From an uncultured Gemmatimonadales bacterium (GTDB lineage Bacteria > Gemmatimonadota > Gemmatimonadetes > Gemmatimonadales > GWC2-71-9), in NCBI GenBank assembly GCA_963742755.1, contig CAVUMU010000011.1, positions 256,147 through 320,146 of the forward strand: 64,000 bases of DNA. The letters run 5' to 3'. Positions 52,469-62,105 of this stretch are shown in pieces. A program made the translations under genes and the position numbers. The notes beneath the pieces were generated by a model. It saw nothing but the letters and a program-made list of their open reading frames with translations, had not been told where the DNA came from and did not search any database. Positions within the stretch are counted from its first letter, which is position 1. Every line of letters starts with the position of its first letter.

Positions 52469-53667
52469 GCCCACACACCGCGCAATCGGCGAGTGGACCC
52501 ACATCGGGTCGGCCGAATTTCCGGCACATCGCCCTGCTCACCGGGGCGGCGATGATGATCGTGGTCGGCGGCGCCTTCCTCCGGCCCCAGTCGAAGCCGA
52601 TAGCGGCGGTGCAGACCAACGAGCTCGCCACGCTGCAGGATCGCTCCCGAGAGAGGTCGCTGCGCGAAATCGCGGACTACGTCGGCGAACGCGCGGCCTT
52701 GCTGGCGGCGTCCGTCGTGTACCTCCCGGGTGCCGGAGCGAGTGGCGTGGTCGTCGGGCCGGACTCCGTGTTCGGCGTCGCTGCCAGTCCCCACACGCCT
52801 GAGTTCCTGCTGGTTCACCCGGTCGCCGGCGACACTGTCCAGCCTGCCGCGCATGCCGCGAACGTGACCACCCTCTCGCCCCGCTGGGCCCTCGTCATCG
52901 CGCGGGCTCCGGATGGTCACCCGCTCTGGCTGGCTGGCATGACCGGGAGCGTGGTGCCGGTCCGGTGTGGGGAATTGGCGATCCGCGAGCTTGCCTTCGG
53001 CGCCCCAGTGCCCGAGGCGTTCGCTGGCGGCGGCCTCTTCGATCTCGACGGCAACCTGCTGGCGCTGGCCACGCCCTGCGCGGGCCATATCGCGCTGGTG
53101 CCGATGAGTGATATCGCTGCGGCGCTCGAGCGACAGGCCACGCCGGAGTTCCGGTTGTGGGCACGGTACGGGTTCCGCGTGGCGCCGGCAGCGTCGATTC
53201 AACCGGCTCTACCGGGCGGGGCCTCGGGGCTGGTGGTAGTGGAAACCCTGGTCGGCGGGCCGGCCGATCGGGTCGGTCTGTGGCCGGGAGACCAGATCGC
53301 GGCCACCCAGAACGGCCCGGTCACCGGATTGCCCGATCTGGAATCTCTGGCGGACGCGTCCCGGACCGGGCGGCTCGAGGTGCGCCGCAGGCGGGGCAGC
53401 GTGGTGCTCACGCTGGTTCACGACTCCGTCGGTCGTGGTCGCGCCGAGGTGGTGGCCGGCCGGCCGGCCGGTGCCCTCGTTCTGCGGCACGTCGGCGCCG
53501 GATCGCGCGCCGAGCGGGCCGGGTTGCGGGCCGGCGACACCATCCTCCAGATAGGCCGTAGCCGCCGGCCCAGCGCCGCGGCGGTGGATCGCGCCCTGAC
53601 CGCCGGCGGCGCGCTGTTTCTGGTGTACGAGCGTGAGGGTCACCGGCACGGTGTCGTGCTCCGGTGA
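52465..53667 (+). CDS. HtrA-like protein with two PDZ domains and a degenerate protease core
   Basis: It has a TM anchor. FAGGGLFDLDGNLLALAT aligns to the HtrA motif GNSGGPLVNLNGEVIGI with Ser replaced by Gly. The PDZ units are GLVVVETLVGGPADRVGLWPGDQI and ALVLRHVGAGSRAERAGLRAGDTIL. Confidence 0.7.
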   Translation: MSPHTAQSASGPTSGRPNFRHIALLTGAAMMIVVGGAFLRPQSKPIAAVQTNELATLQDRSRERSLREIADYVGERAALLAASVVYLPGAGASGVVVGPDSVFGVAASPHTPEFLLVHPVAGDTVQPAAHAANVTTLSPRWALVIARAPDGHPLWLAGMTGSVVPVRCGELAIRELAFGAPVPEAFAGGGLFDLDGNLLALATPCAGHIALVPMSDIAAALERQATPEFRLWARYGFRVAPAASIQPALPGGASGLVVVETLVGGPADRVGLWPGDQIAATQNGPVTGLPDLESLADASRTGRLEVRRRRGSVVLTLVHDSVGRGRAEVVAGRPAGALVLRHVGAGSRAERAGLRAGDTILQIGRSRRPSAAAVDRALTAGGALFLVYEREGHRHGVVLR

Positions 53668-53671
53668 CCGC

Positions 53672-54880
53672 ATGAACGAGCTCGCCTCTCTCGGCGTCAT
53701 CCTCCTCTTCGCCCTGCTCGCGGGGCACGTCGTGAAGTTCCTCCGGGTGCCCGAGGTCACGGGCTATCTGCTCGCTGGCGTGCTGCTCGGGCCTGCGGGC
53801 GCGGCCCTGGTCTCGCACCAGGCCCTGGAGAGTCTCAAGGTATTCAGTGAGGTCGCGCTGGGGCTCATCCTGTTCTCGATCGGCTCGGTGTTCGAGGCCA
53901 CGCGATTCCGCCGCATCGGCCGGGGGGTCGCAGTGCTCACCGTGACAGAGTCGCTGCTCGCGGCGACGCTGGTCACGGTGGGGCTGCTGATCGTGGGGCA
54001 GCCGCTGACCGTCGCGCTGTTGTTGGGGGTGATCGCCATGGAGACGGCGGCCGCCTCGACGCTGATGGTCATGCGAGAATTCAACGCGGAGGGTCCCCTC
54101 ACCGAGGTGCTCGGCGGCGTTATCGCGCTCAACAATATCTTGTGTTTGACCGGATTCCTCATCGTGGCCGCGGGGCTGGACCTGGCCCGCCAGGCGGCCC
54201 AGAGCGGGGTGGGCTGGGAGGTGCTTTACCTGACCCTCTATCCTCTCGTCTGGCAGCTCGTCGGCTCGGCCGCGCTCGGCTTTATGGTGGGCGTGCTGCT
54301 GGCGGGGTGGGCGTCGAAGGTCTCCGAGCACGGGGAGATGCTCATTCTGCTGGTGGGCGCCATCCTGCTGGCGGTCGGCGCAGCACAGGTGCTCGACCTC
54401 TCACCGCTCCTGACCACGCTCGCGGTGGGCGCGACGATGGTCAATCTCTCGAGTGAGAGCCGGCGCCTGTTCAGCGCGCTGTCCCAGACCGACCCTCCTC
54501 TCTACGCGATCTTCTTCGTCATCGCGGGCGCGGACCTCAACCTGAGCCTGCTGCCCTCGCTGGGCATGATCGGGCTGATCTACGTGGTCTGCCGCACAGG
54601 CGGAAAGCTGGTGGGAGCGTTCGTGGGCGCGCGGCAGGCGGGACTGGAGCCGGTAGTGCGGGACAACCTGGGGCTCGCCGCGCTGTCGCAGGCCGGCCTC
54701 GCGATCGGCCTGCTGCTCACCGTGAACCGCCGGTTCCCCGAGCTGGCACCGGTGGTGACGACCGTCGTGTTGGCGGCCGTCACTGTTTTCGAGCTGATCG
54801 GCCCGATCAGCGCCCGGTATGCGCTGACGCGGGCGGGGGAGACGCGTCCCGTTACGCCGGCGACCGGGCTCCTGGACTGA
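53672..54880 (+). CDS. Cation:proton antiporter (CPA2, membrane domain only)
   Basis: MNELASLGVILLFALLAGHVVKFLRVPEVTGYLLAGVLLGPAG; 402 aa, polytopic. Confidence 0.85.
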   Translation: MNELASLGVILLFALLAGHVVKFLRVPEVTGYLLAGVLLGPAGAALVSHQALESLKVFSEVALGLILFSIGSVFEATRFRRIGRGVAVLTVTESLLAATLVTVGLLIVGQPLTVALLLGVIAMETAAASTLMVMREFNAEGPLTEVLGGVIALNNILCLTGFLIVAAGLDLARQAAQSGVGWEVLYLTLYPLVWQLVGSAALGFMVGVLLAGWASKVSEHGEMLILLVGAILLAVGAAQVLDLSPLLTTLAVGATMVNLSSESRRLFSALSQTDPPLYAIFFVIAGADLNLSLLPSLGMIGLIYVVCRTGGKLVGAFVGARQAGLEPVVRDNLGLAALSQAGLAIGLLLTVNRRFPELAPVVTTVVLAAVTVFELIGPISARYALTRAGETRPVTPATGLLD

Positions 54881-56252
54881 TCCCCGGGCCGGACTCTCTC
54901 TCGAAGCCCAACGCCGCGCGCGCCCGGGCGGCAAGTCGATCCAGACGCTCCCGGTCGTGCGCCGGGGCCACGGTCCGTTCACCGGCCTCCTCGATCAGCG
55001 CGATCTGGTCCTGCAGGACCTCGCGCCGCATGGCCGAGCGAGTTATCTCGCCCACCACCTTGAGCATCTCGAGCTGGCGGGCGAGGACGCTCACGTTCCC
55101 CTCGGCGTGTTGCCGCACCTCGTCGAAGGCATCAAGCACCAGACTCTCGAACGTCGGGCCAGGAGCCACCACGCGCAGGACGCCGTCGACAGAGCGGTAG
55201 GGCGTTGCCATCCGGCGGCTGCACATGCGCACGAGAATGGCGCCGAGGTAATCCACGCAAGTGGAAGCCGTGGTCATGTCGTTGATGCCCGGGGACAGTG
55301 CCTTCAGTGCGATATCCACCAGCTGGCGCATCCCGAAACGGACGTCCTGGTCGATCGTCCGGTAGCGGCTGATGGTGAACCGACCGGCCACTGCGGCCGC
55401 GGCCGGACTCTCACCCTCATGCTCCGGGGATCGCTGGCTGCCGGGATGCGGCGCGATCGAGGCGACCGGCAGGCCCGCGATCACGAAGTCGCCGATCTCC
55501 TGTTTCAGATGGATGATCAGGTCGTACTCGCAGGCCACTTCCATCAGTCCCTTCGCGTCCACCCGCTGGATGTACCCGGTCGAACGCGCGGCCACGTGGC
55601 GCCAGCGGTCCGCCGGTACGGCGGCCACCAGGGCCGCCTGTTCGGCCGGGGCGGCCTCCTCGCCCAGCTCCTCCGGAAACACTCGGTCCGCGGCCTCGAG
55701 CGTATCCCGCATGATCCGCGCGATGATCTCGGAGGCCTGTAGGGTAGTCGAAATGTGGTGCACGAAAAAGATCAGCACCGCGATTCCGAGGATGGCTAGC
55801 AGCACGCCGAGCAACACCGCCAGCGACGGGACGAAGGTGAGGCCGTCGCCGCCCCGGATGGTTCGCAGGACCACGAGGCAATACGCGAAGACTCCGACGA
55901 AGATCCCGAGCACCACCTGGTTGGCGCGGTCCCGCATGAAGTTGCGGAGGATGCGCGGGGTGTACTGGCTGGACGCCTGCGTCACGGCGACCATGGTGAT
56001 CGAAAAGGTCACGCCTGCTACGGTGATCATCGAGCCGGCGATGGCCGCAAGCATGCTCCGCGCGCCGTCGGCGCTGGTCCCGAAGACACGGGGCCAGCGG
56101 GCCAGCGCCTCCGCATCGACCAGGGTGGAGAGCTCGACCATCCCGATGGCCAGCAGGATGGCTGCGAGCACGATGACGCTGGGGACGAACCATAACCCAT
56201 CGACGAGTCGCGCCCAGGCGGCGCGTAGATCGGCGAGGCGGAGCGCGTTCAA
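54852..56252 (-). CDS. DUF2254-family membrane protein
   Basis: 466 aa. The N-terminal TM bundle (LWFVPSVIVLAAILLAIGMVEL ...) and the soluble C-terminal half match the DUF2254 architecture. Confidence 0.7.
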   Translation of the reverse strand: MNALRLADLRAAWARLVDGLWFVPSVIVLAAILLAIGMVELSTLVDAEALARWPRVFGTSADGARSMLAAIAGSMITVAGVTFSITMVAVTQASSQYTPRILRNFMRDRANQVVLGIFVGVFAYCLVVLRTIRGGDGLTFVPSLAVLLGVLLAILGIAVLIFFVHHISTTLQASEIIARIMRDTLEAADRVFPEELGEEAAPAEQAALVAAVPADRWRHVAARSTGYIQRVDAKGLMEVACEYDLIIHLKQEIGDFVIAGLPVASIAPHPGSQRSPEHEGESPAAAAVAGRFTISRYRTIDQDVRFGMRQLVDIALKALSPGINDMTTASTCVDYLGAILVRMCSRRMATPYRSVDGVLRVVAPGPTFESLVLDAFDEVRQHAEGNVSVLARQLEMLKVVGEITRSAMRREVLQDQIALIEEAGERTVAPAHDRERLDRLAARARAALGFERESGPGISPGARSPA

Positions 56253-56381
56253 GCGAGAACACCCGCCGCCGTCGTGACCAACCCCTGCCAGCCCTCAAAG
56301 CTTCGCATGACCCGTGACTCGCTCCCCCTGGAAAGCGCAGAATAGGCGTCCGCTCGACCATGGGCCGGGCGGAACGTCGGC

Positions 56382-57107
56382 TCACAGCATCAGGTGGGCG
56401 AGTTCCTTGCCCCGCGGGGGACCCGTTGCCGCCCCGAGTGGCTCCACGGTGAGCGCCGCCCCGAGTACGGCGCCGCCGGCCTCCGGCATTCCGGTGGTGA
56501 ACATCTTGGACCCCGCGCCGGCAAGGATCGCCGAGCCGCGCACCATTCCGTCCGCGCAGATGAACCAGAACTGGTAGCCGGTGCCAGGGGGAGCAGGCGG
56601 GAGGCCGTGGACCACCACGCTCCAACGGTGCGTGGTCTCGTCGGCAAAGATGACGAGGCCGCCGCGGCGGTCTCCCACTGCCACGCTGGTTTGGAGTATG
56701 CGTCCAGCACGGCGGATGACAGACAGGGTGTCCTCTAGTGCTGCCGCCCGGGCCTGTAGTGCGGTGACCTCGGTCTCCAGCGTCAGCGCCCGCTGGCGTC
56801 CGGCGGCCCACCCACCAAAGGCGAGCAACACGGACGCGGCTAACGTAACCGGCAGGAGCCATCGGGGTCCAGAGGCCTTGGTGCCGTCGAGGACGGACTG
56901 AATGATGCGCCGCCGCAGCCCGGGACGTGGAGCGGTCGGGGGCAAGCTCATGGGCAGCCACGCCAGCTCAGTCTCGATCCGGGAGACCTCACGCCGGCAA
57001 TCCTCGCAGTTGGCGAGGTGGGCGTCGAACGTGGCGATGTCATCGCCATCCAGGATGCGGATGGCGTACTCCACCCGATGCTGGACAAACCAATCGTGCG
57101 CTTTCAC
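56382..57107 (-). CDS. Anti-sigma factor (zf-HC2 plus RskA-like extracytoplasmic domain)
   Basis: HLANCEDCRREV is an H-x3-C-x2-C motif. A single TM (WLLPVTLAASVLLAFGGWAA) follows. The C-terminus is YQFWFI...ALTVEP. GTGA overlap with the sigma gene. Confidence 0.85.
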   Translation of the reverse strand: MKAHDWFVQHRVEYAIRILDGDDIATFDAHLANCEDCRREVSRIETELAWLPMSLPPTAPRPGLRRRIIQSVLDGTKASGPRWLLPVTLAASVLLAFGGWAAGRQRALTLETEVTALQARAAALEDTLSVIRRAGRILQTSVAVGDRRGGLVIFADETTHRWSVVVHGLPPAPPGTGYQFWFICADGMVRGSAILAGAGSKMFTTGMPEAGGAVLGAALTVEPLGAATGPPRGKELAHLML

Positions 57108-57745
57108 AGAACCCAGTCCTTGAGGCCGGCCAACGCCGTACGCAGCCGATCAAAGGCGAGGCGGAGGCGGGTCTTGACTGTGCCGAGTGGAATCCCGAGC
57201 CGGGCGGAGATTTCGGACTGGGTGAGCCCTTCGAAGTAGGCCAGCTGCACCACCGTCCGCTGCTCAGCCGGTAGCGCCTCGAACGCCGCGTGCACCTGGG
57301 CGTGCACCTGCCAGCCGGGATGTCCCGCCTCGTCCGGCTCCACTGGAGGGACGCTCTGCCGCCCCCATTCCAGCGCCGCCGCGAAGACCTTCCGCTCACT
57401 CCGACGCCGGCCCCGCAACCGGTCGATAGCCCGGTGCCGGGCGACGCGGAGCAGATACGGCATCAGGCCCGCATCACCTCCCGTCATGGGCGTGACGTTC
57501 TCCCAGAGGATGCGAAACGTGTGCATCACGACCTCCTCCGCTTCGTCCCGGTCCTGCAGCATGGCCTGAGCGACGCTCAGGAGCCACGGGGTCGCCAACT
57601 CGACCAACTCCACCAGCGCCTGCTCATCGCGGGCGACGAGCCGCTGCCGGATTGAAGCCGCTTGCTCCGCAAACAGGCCGCTGCTCCGTCCTGGGTTGGA
57701 CGACCGGTGGCGGGGACTGCCGCCCGAGCCTCCCGGCTCAGGCAC
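57104..57745 (-). CDS. ECF (sigma-70 family) RNA polymerase sigma factor
   Basis: Region 2 is PYLLRVARHRAIDRLR. Region 4 is LPAEQRTVVQLAYFEGLTQSEISARLGIPLGTVKTRLRLA. Confidence 0.9.
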   Translation of the reverse strand: MPEPGGSGGSPRHRSSNPGRSSGLFAEQAASIRQRLVARDEQALVELVELATPWLLSVAQAMLQDRDEAEEVVMHTFRILWENVTPMTGGDAGLMPYLLRVARHRAIDRLRGRRRSERKVFAAALEWGRQSVPPVEPDEAGHPGWQVHAQVHAAFEALPAEQRTVVQLAYFEGLTQSEISARLGIPLGTVKTRLRLAFDRLRTALAGLKDWVL

Positions 57746-57772
57746 TCTCAGTCGGCATGAACGTAAACACTG

Positions 57773-58123
57773 CTACTCCTGAAGATCGACCGGGAACGTT
57801 ACTGACCGGCACACCGTCTCATCGGCCCGGCAGAAGCTGACTCGCAGCGCGCCCTGTATGGGTACGCCTGGCGGACGGACCTCCCAGGGCGGCTCCAAAA
57901 AGTAGCTCGAGTCCACGGAGACACGCCCTCGCGTCAGGCGGATGACCCCACCGGCAGCAAGCTCGATCGCGGGGGGCACCCGGGCATTGATGCGCAGGTC
58001 ATGCGCTGGGACGGCGGCCAGGATCGGCTCACCGGTGAGCCAACCCGCCTCCAACCGCACCGAAGGCCCCGGCCCTGACGCACACGCTGCGGTGGCGACG
58101 AGGCTCGCAAGGAGCACGCGCAT
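57773..58123 (-). CDS. Predicted lipoprotein
   Basis: Internal ATG 58123. MRVLLASLVATAAC is lipobox-like. 116 aa; no family recognised. Confidence 0.5.
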   Translation of the reverse strand: MRVLLASLVATAACASGPGPSVRLEAGWLTGEPILAAVPAHDLRINARVPPAIELAAGGVIRLTRGRVSVDSSYFLEPPWEVRPPGVPIQGALRVSFCRADETVCRSVTFPVDLQE

Positions 58124-58133
58124 AACAGCCTCT

Positions 58134-58715
58134 CTACTCGGCAAGCAGGGCTCGAATGCGCTGCTCCCAAGCCCGGTAGGTGGGGTCACCGACGTGAAAC
58201 TCTCCGGCACCCTCATACCGGACCCGGCCGCGCTTATCGATCAGCACGAAGCTCGGCCAGTAGCGGATGGCGTAGCGATCCCAAGTTCGGCGGTCATTGT
58301 CCTGGGCATTGGGATACAGGATCCGGTATTGGGCAAGCGCCTTGGCGACATTGCCCTTATCGTGCTCGCCGGCGTAGGGCGGAAACTCGGGGGTGTGGAT
58401 CCCGATGAGGGTAAGCCCCTCGGGGCGGTACCGGCTGTCGAACTGCACCAGCGACGGAACGGTCCGGGTGCAGTTACCGCAGGTGAACACCCAGAAGTTG
58501 AGCAGGACCACGCGTCCTCGGAGGTGGTCGAGCCGCAGCGGAGCCTCTGCGTTGAGCCAGCGGGTGTTGTCCCAGGCCGGTGCGGGGCGAGGGACGCCAG
58601 CGGCCGTGGTCGCGCGGACCAGTTGTGCGTGGGCAACGCTCGCGCCCGGCAGGGAGACGGAGATGATCCAGGCAAGGGCCGAGCAGAGGGTGTGCCCCCG
58701 CGCCGTCGTCCTCAT
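58134..58715 (-). CDS. Thioredoxin-fold redoxin (TlpA/DipZ-like)
   Basis: Signal peptide, then VVLLNFWVFTCGNCTRTVP (CxxC). ATGA overlap with the upstream membrane-protein gene. Confidence 0.8.
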   Translation of the reverse strand: MRTTARGHTLCSALAWIISVSLPGASVAHAQLVRATTAAGVPRPAPAWDNTRWLNAEAPLRLDHLRGRVVLLNFWVFTCGNCTRTVPSLVQFDSRYRPEGLTLIGIHTPEFPPYAGEHDKGNVAKALAQYRILYPNAQDNDRRTWDRYAIRYWPSFVLIDKRGRVRYEGAGEFHVGDPTYRAWEQRIRALLAE

Positions 58716-59182
58716 GCGGGAACCCGCACCAGCCCCGATCGGCGCAGCCGCCCGTAGGACACTCCCAGAATGCCGCCGTAGATCAGGTGGCCAACCAGGC
58801 TCCCCAGGGCCACCGGCCACATCGGCGGCATCCGGAGCGCAGCGAACGCGGGCATACCGAGCAGGAGCGGCATCAGGATGAGCCCGCCGAGCACCCACCA
58901 CACCAGACCCCATACCGCTCCCCAGGTGGCCCCGCTGCCGGAGCTCGCTTCTGCTCTGGCACCGAACAACCACCCGAAGAGCCCACCGATGATGGCGCTG
59001 TTGAAGAGGTGGTAGATCCAGCCGACCACCAGGCTCTCGGAGCGGACCACCATCGCGACCATGGCCATCATCGGCATCTGCCCACCGTCTGGGGTGGGCG
59101 CCTTCATCATCTGCATCATGATCCCAAACGCCACTCCGGCCAGCAGGCCCGCGAGTGCGCCGGCAATCGCTCTGTTCTGCAT
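58712..59182 (-). CDS. Integral membrane protein, Gly/Met-rich
   Basis: 156 aa with 4 predicted TM helices. First gene of a co-directional run ending with the sigma/anti-sigma pair. Confidence 0.6.
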   Translation of the reverse strand: MQNRAIAGALAGLLAGVAFGIMMQMMKAPTPDGGQMPMMAMVAMVVRSESLVVGWIYHLFNSAIIGGLFGWLFGARAEASSGSGATWGAVWGLVWWVLGGLILMPLLLGMPAFAALRMPPMWPVALGSLVGHLIYGGILGVSYGRLRRSGLVRVPA

Positions 59183-59286
59183 AGGGGTTTTCTCCTCTGT
59201 AGGCCTAAGCCAGGGTGCTCAATCCAGAACGCTCTGAACCCAGCGGTGGATCTCCCCCTCCCAGGCTGGTGCGCCAAAACGCGGCC

Positions 59287-59964
59287 TCATCGAAAGGTTG
59301 CGATGGCTCCCAGCGGCTTCCGCCGCAGGTTGGGCACCTCTGCCCCCGGCGCCGGATACCCGGTCACCACCAGCATTACCGCTCGCTCGTTGGGCGGCCG
59401 CTCCAGCACCTCGCCGAGAAACCCCATGGGATTCGGCGTGTGGGTCAACGAGGCGAGTCCTGCGTGGTGCAGTGCGGCGAGGAGCAGTCCAGTCGCTATT
59501 CCGACCGACTCCATGACGTAGTAATGGGTGCGTCGCTTACCCTCTGCCGTGAGCCCATAGCGCTGGGCGAAGACCGCGATCAGAACGGGTGCGGTCTCGA
59601 GATAGGGCTTGTGGGCATCGGTGCCCAGTGGGGCCAACGCGTCGAGCCACTCCTGTGGTGCATGAGCATAGAACTCCCGCTCGGCCACCTCCGCCGCCTC
59701 CCGGACCCGGCGCTTGAGGCCGGGATCACTCACCACGACGAAGTGCCAGGGCTGCAAGTGCGCCCCACTCGGGGCAGTACTGGCGGCCTCCAGGCACGCC
59801 TCTATCACACCCTTTGGCACCGGCCGGTCGCTGAACTGTCGTACGGTGCGGCGGCGGGCCAGGTCGGCGGCGAAGGCACGGCTGCGCTCCACCATCTCTG
59901 CGGGAGGGTACTCGCGATAGCTGGTGAGCGGCTCGAACACCGCTCCGGGCGGGGGTTCCCGCAT
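59287..59964 (-). CDS. Nitroreductase-family flavoprotein (iodotyrosine-deiodinase-like subgroup)
   Basis: [28 protein letters not shown] and [25 protein letters not shown]. Confidence 0.85.
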   Translation of the reverse strand: MREPPPGAVFEPLTSYREYPPAEMVERSRAFAADLARRRTVRQFSDRPVPKGVIEACLEAASTAPSGAHLQPWHFVVVSDPGLKRRVREAAEVAEREFYAHAPQEWLDALAPLGTDAHKPYLETAPVLIAVFAQRYGLTAEGKRRTHYYVMESVGIATGLLLAALHHAGLASLTHTPNPMGFLGEVLERPPNERAVMLVVTGYPAPGAEVPNLRRKPLGAIATFR

Positions 59965-60047
59965 GAGTCACTCGGTATCTTGGGAAGTGCTTTCGATTGG
60001 GGCCATAGGACTGAAAGGTATGCCGGCAGGCGCCGATGGGTCTGTGA

Positions 60048-60287
60048 GTGAGTCATGGAACGGCTTCCTCGCTAGCCCCTCGTCAACACCTCGTCGAGCA
60101 AACGCACGATGTCGGACCACCCCTCCCGATGCGCCTCGAGGACGACGTCGTCTACCACACCTATTCCACCTATGCGCGTGGAGTGGACGGCCTCTGGGGC
60201 ATGTACCAGTGGCTCGACCGCGCCCCCAGGGGGCGCAACGAGAGCAGCATCTGGTGGCGCCGTCACGACGAATACAAGCAGCGCTGA
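60048..60287 (+). pseudogene. C-terminal remnant of a DUF899 thioredoxin-like gene
   Basis: VYHTYSTYARGVDGLWGMYQWLDRAPRGRNE...WWRRHDEY matches the conserved DUF899 C-terminus as I recall it. The roughly 150 N-terminal codons are absent. Confidence 0.45.
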
Positions 60288-60293
60288 CTTGAA

Positions 60294-60314
60294 ATACATA
60301 GAAGTACAATGTAT
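60294..60314. promoter_or_regulatory. AT-rich inverted repeat, putative PadR operator/promoter
   Basis: ATACATagaagtacaATGTAT lies in the only AT-rich stretch nearby, 42 nt before padR. Confidence 0.45.
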
Positions 60315-60355
60315 AGTAGAATTAGGTACTCACACCGGGCTGGGCCTGGGAGACC

Positions 60356-60730
60356 ATGGACATCAACAAAGACCTTGTGGCCGCCACCGCCACCCCGTTG
60401 GTTCTCGCCCTTCTGGCCGAGGGGGACTCGTACGGCTACGCTATCCTCAAGCGGGTGAGCGAGCTTTCCGGCGGGGAGCTGCAATGGACCGACGGAATGC
60501 TCTACCCAGTGCTCCACCGTCTCGAGCGGCAGGGCCACATCAAGGGCAAGTGGGGAACATCTGAGACGGGCCGGAAGCGCAAGTACTATCACCTCACGGC
60601 ACGGGGGCGGGCGCAGCTCGCGGAGCAGTGTCAGCAGTGGCAGATGGCGGACGCGGCGCTGCGCAACATCTGGCCCTCGGTCTCGCGTTTGAAGCGGGCG
60701 GCAGTCTCGCCGCTGCCGTCCTGTGGCTGA
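60356..60730 (+). CDS. PadR-family transcriptional regulator
   Basis: LVLALLAEGDSYGYAILKRVSELSGGELQWTDGMLYPVLHRLERQGHIKGKW. Confidence 0.9.
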   Translation: MDINKDLVAATATPLVLALLAEGDSYGYAILKRVSELSGGELQWTDGMLYPVLHRLERQGHIKGKWGTSETGRKRKYYHLTARGRAQLAEQCQQWQMADAALRNIWPSVSRLKRAAVSPLPSCG

Positions 60731-62105
60731 GCCCGCGACGGAGGCCGGATCGAGCGACTCGCTCGAGGGGCAGATCGAGCAGTGGCGGAGCTATCTGCGC
60801 CGTCGGCAGGCGGTCCGGCCGGTGGATGTGGAGGAGCTGGAAGATCACCTGCGCGGCGAGGTCGCTGCGCTGCGCGGCACCGGCCTCTCGGAGAACGAGG
60901 CATTCCTCGTAGCGGTGAAGCGGATGGGTGCGCTGGACGCGATCTCGAACGAGTTCGCCCGGGAGCACTCGGAGCGGCTGTGGAAGCAGCTGGTCATGTC
61001 CTCCACCGGCACAACCGGGTCGGCGGACGAGTCGCGGATCGAGATGATCGTCGTCTTCGCGCTCGCCGTCGTCGCGGCGCTGGCGGTAAAGGTGCCGGAG
61101 CTGTTCGGACTGGAGTGGGGCGGGGAGGACATGCCGTTCTACCTGCGGAACTTCAGCCTCTTCGTCCTCCCCCTCCTTACCGGTTACTTCGTCTGGAAGC
61201 GGCGGCTGAGTATGCGTACCTGGGCGGGGCTGGCCCTGGTGTTTGCGGCGGCGGTCGTTTTTGCCAATGTCTATCCATTCGACACCGGCAGCGACACGGC
61301 GGTGCTTACCGGGTTGCACCTGCCGATCGCGCTGTGGCTGCCTGTGGGGATCGCCTACGCAGGGGGGCGTTGGGGGGAGAGCACCGGGCGCATGGATTTC
61401 GTCCGCTTCTCCGGCGAGCTGTTCATCTATTACACGCTGATCGCGTTGGGCGGCGGAGTTCTCGTCGCCTTTACCATGGGGATGTTTGAGGCGATCGGAA
61501 TCCAGGTGGAGCCAGTGGTCGAGCAGTGGCTGCCGTGCGCGGTGCTCGGCGCGGTGATGGTCGGTTCCTGGCTGGTTGAGGCGAAGCAGAGCGTGATCGA
61601 GAACATGGCCCCGGTGCTGACACGGCTCTTCACCCCCCTGTTCGCTTTCGTGCTCCTCGCCTTCCTGGCTACGATGGCCTGGACCGGCCGCGGGATCGAC
61701 CTCGAGCGCAATGCGCTGATCGCCTTTGACCTGCTGCTGGTGCTGGTGCTGGCCCTGCTGCTCTACTCCATCTCCGCGCGAGACCCACAGGCGCCGCCCG
61801 GCGCCTTCGACCTGCTGCTGGTACTGCTCCTCGTCAGCGCGCTCGTCGCCGACGCCTTCGCCCTGGCGGCGATCGGGGCGCGCATCTCGGAGTTCGGCTT
61901 CACCCCCAACCGGGTGGCCGCCCTCGGCGAGAATCTGGTCCTGCTGGGGAACTTGGGGTGGTCGGCCGTGCTCTACGTCCGCTTTCTGCGCGGCCGCGGC
62001 CCCTTTGCCAGCCTCGAACGCTGGCAGACGGCCTACCTGCCAGCATACTCCGTCTGGGCCGCGATCGTCGTCGTGGTCTTTCCCCCGGTGTTCGGGTTCG
62101 ATTGA
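60723..62105 (+). CDS. PadR-associated polytopic membrane protein (DUF4153-like)
   Basis: GTG start overlapping the padR stop. The N-terminal soluble helix pair (IEQWRSYLRRRQ...LEDHLRGEV...EAFLVAVKRMG) is followed by about 10 TM helices. Confidence 0.75.
   Translation: MAEPATEAGSSDSLEGQIEQWRSYLRRRQAVRPVDVEELEDHLRGEVAALRGTGLSENEAFLVAVKRMGALDAISNEFAREHSERLWKQLVMSSTGTTGSADESRIEMIVVFALAVVAALAVKVPELFGLEWGGEDMPFYLRNFSLFVLPLLTGYFVWKRRLSMRTWAGLALVFAAAVVFANVYPFDTGSDTAVLTGLHLPIALWLPVGIAYAGGRWGESTGRMDFVRFSGELFIYYTLIALGGGVLVAFTMGMFEAIGIQVEPVVEQWLPCAVLGAVMVGSWLVEAKQSVIENMAPVLTRLFTPLFAFVLLAFLATMAWTGRGIDLERNALIAFDLLLVLVLALLLYSISARDPQAPPGAFDLLLVLLLVSALVADAFALAAIGARISEFGFTPNRVAALGENLVLLGNLGWSAVLYVRFLRGRGPFASLERWQTAYLPAYSVWAAIVVVVFPPVFGFD

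Noticed and set aside
57790-57820. ECF-promoter-like GGAAC-N17-CGTC on the + strand inside the lipoprotein gene.
   Set aside because: It points away from the sigma/anti-sigma genes, which are on the minus strand, and has no + strand gene downstream. It is most likely a chance match.
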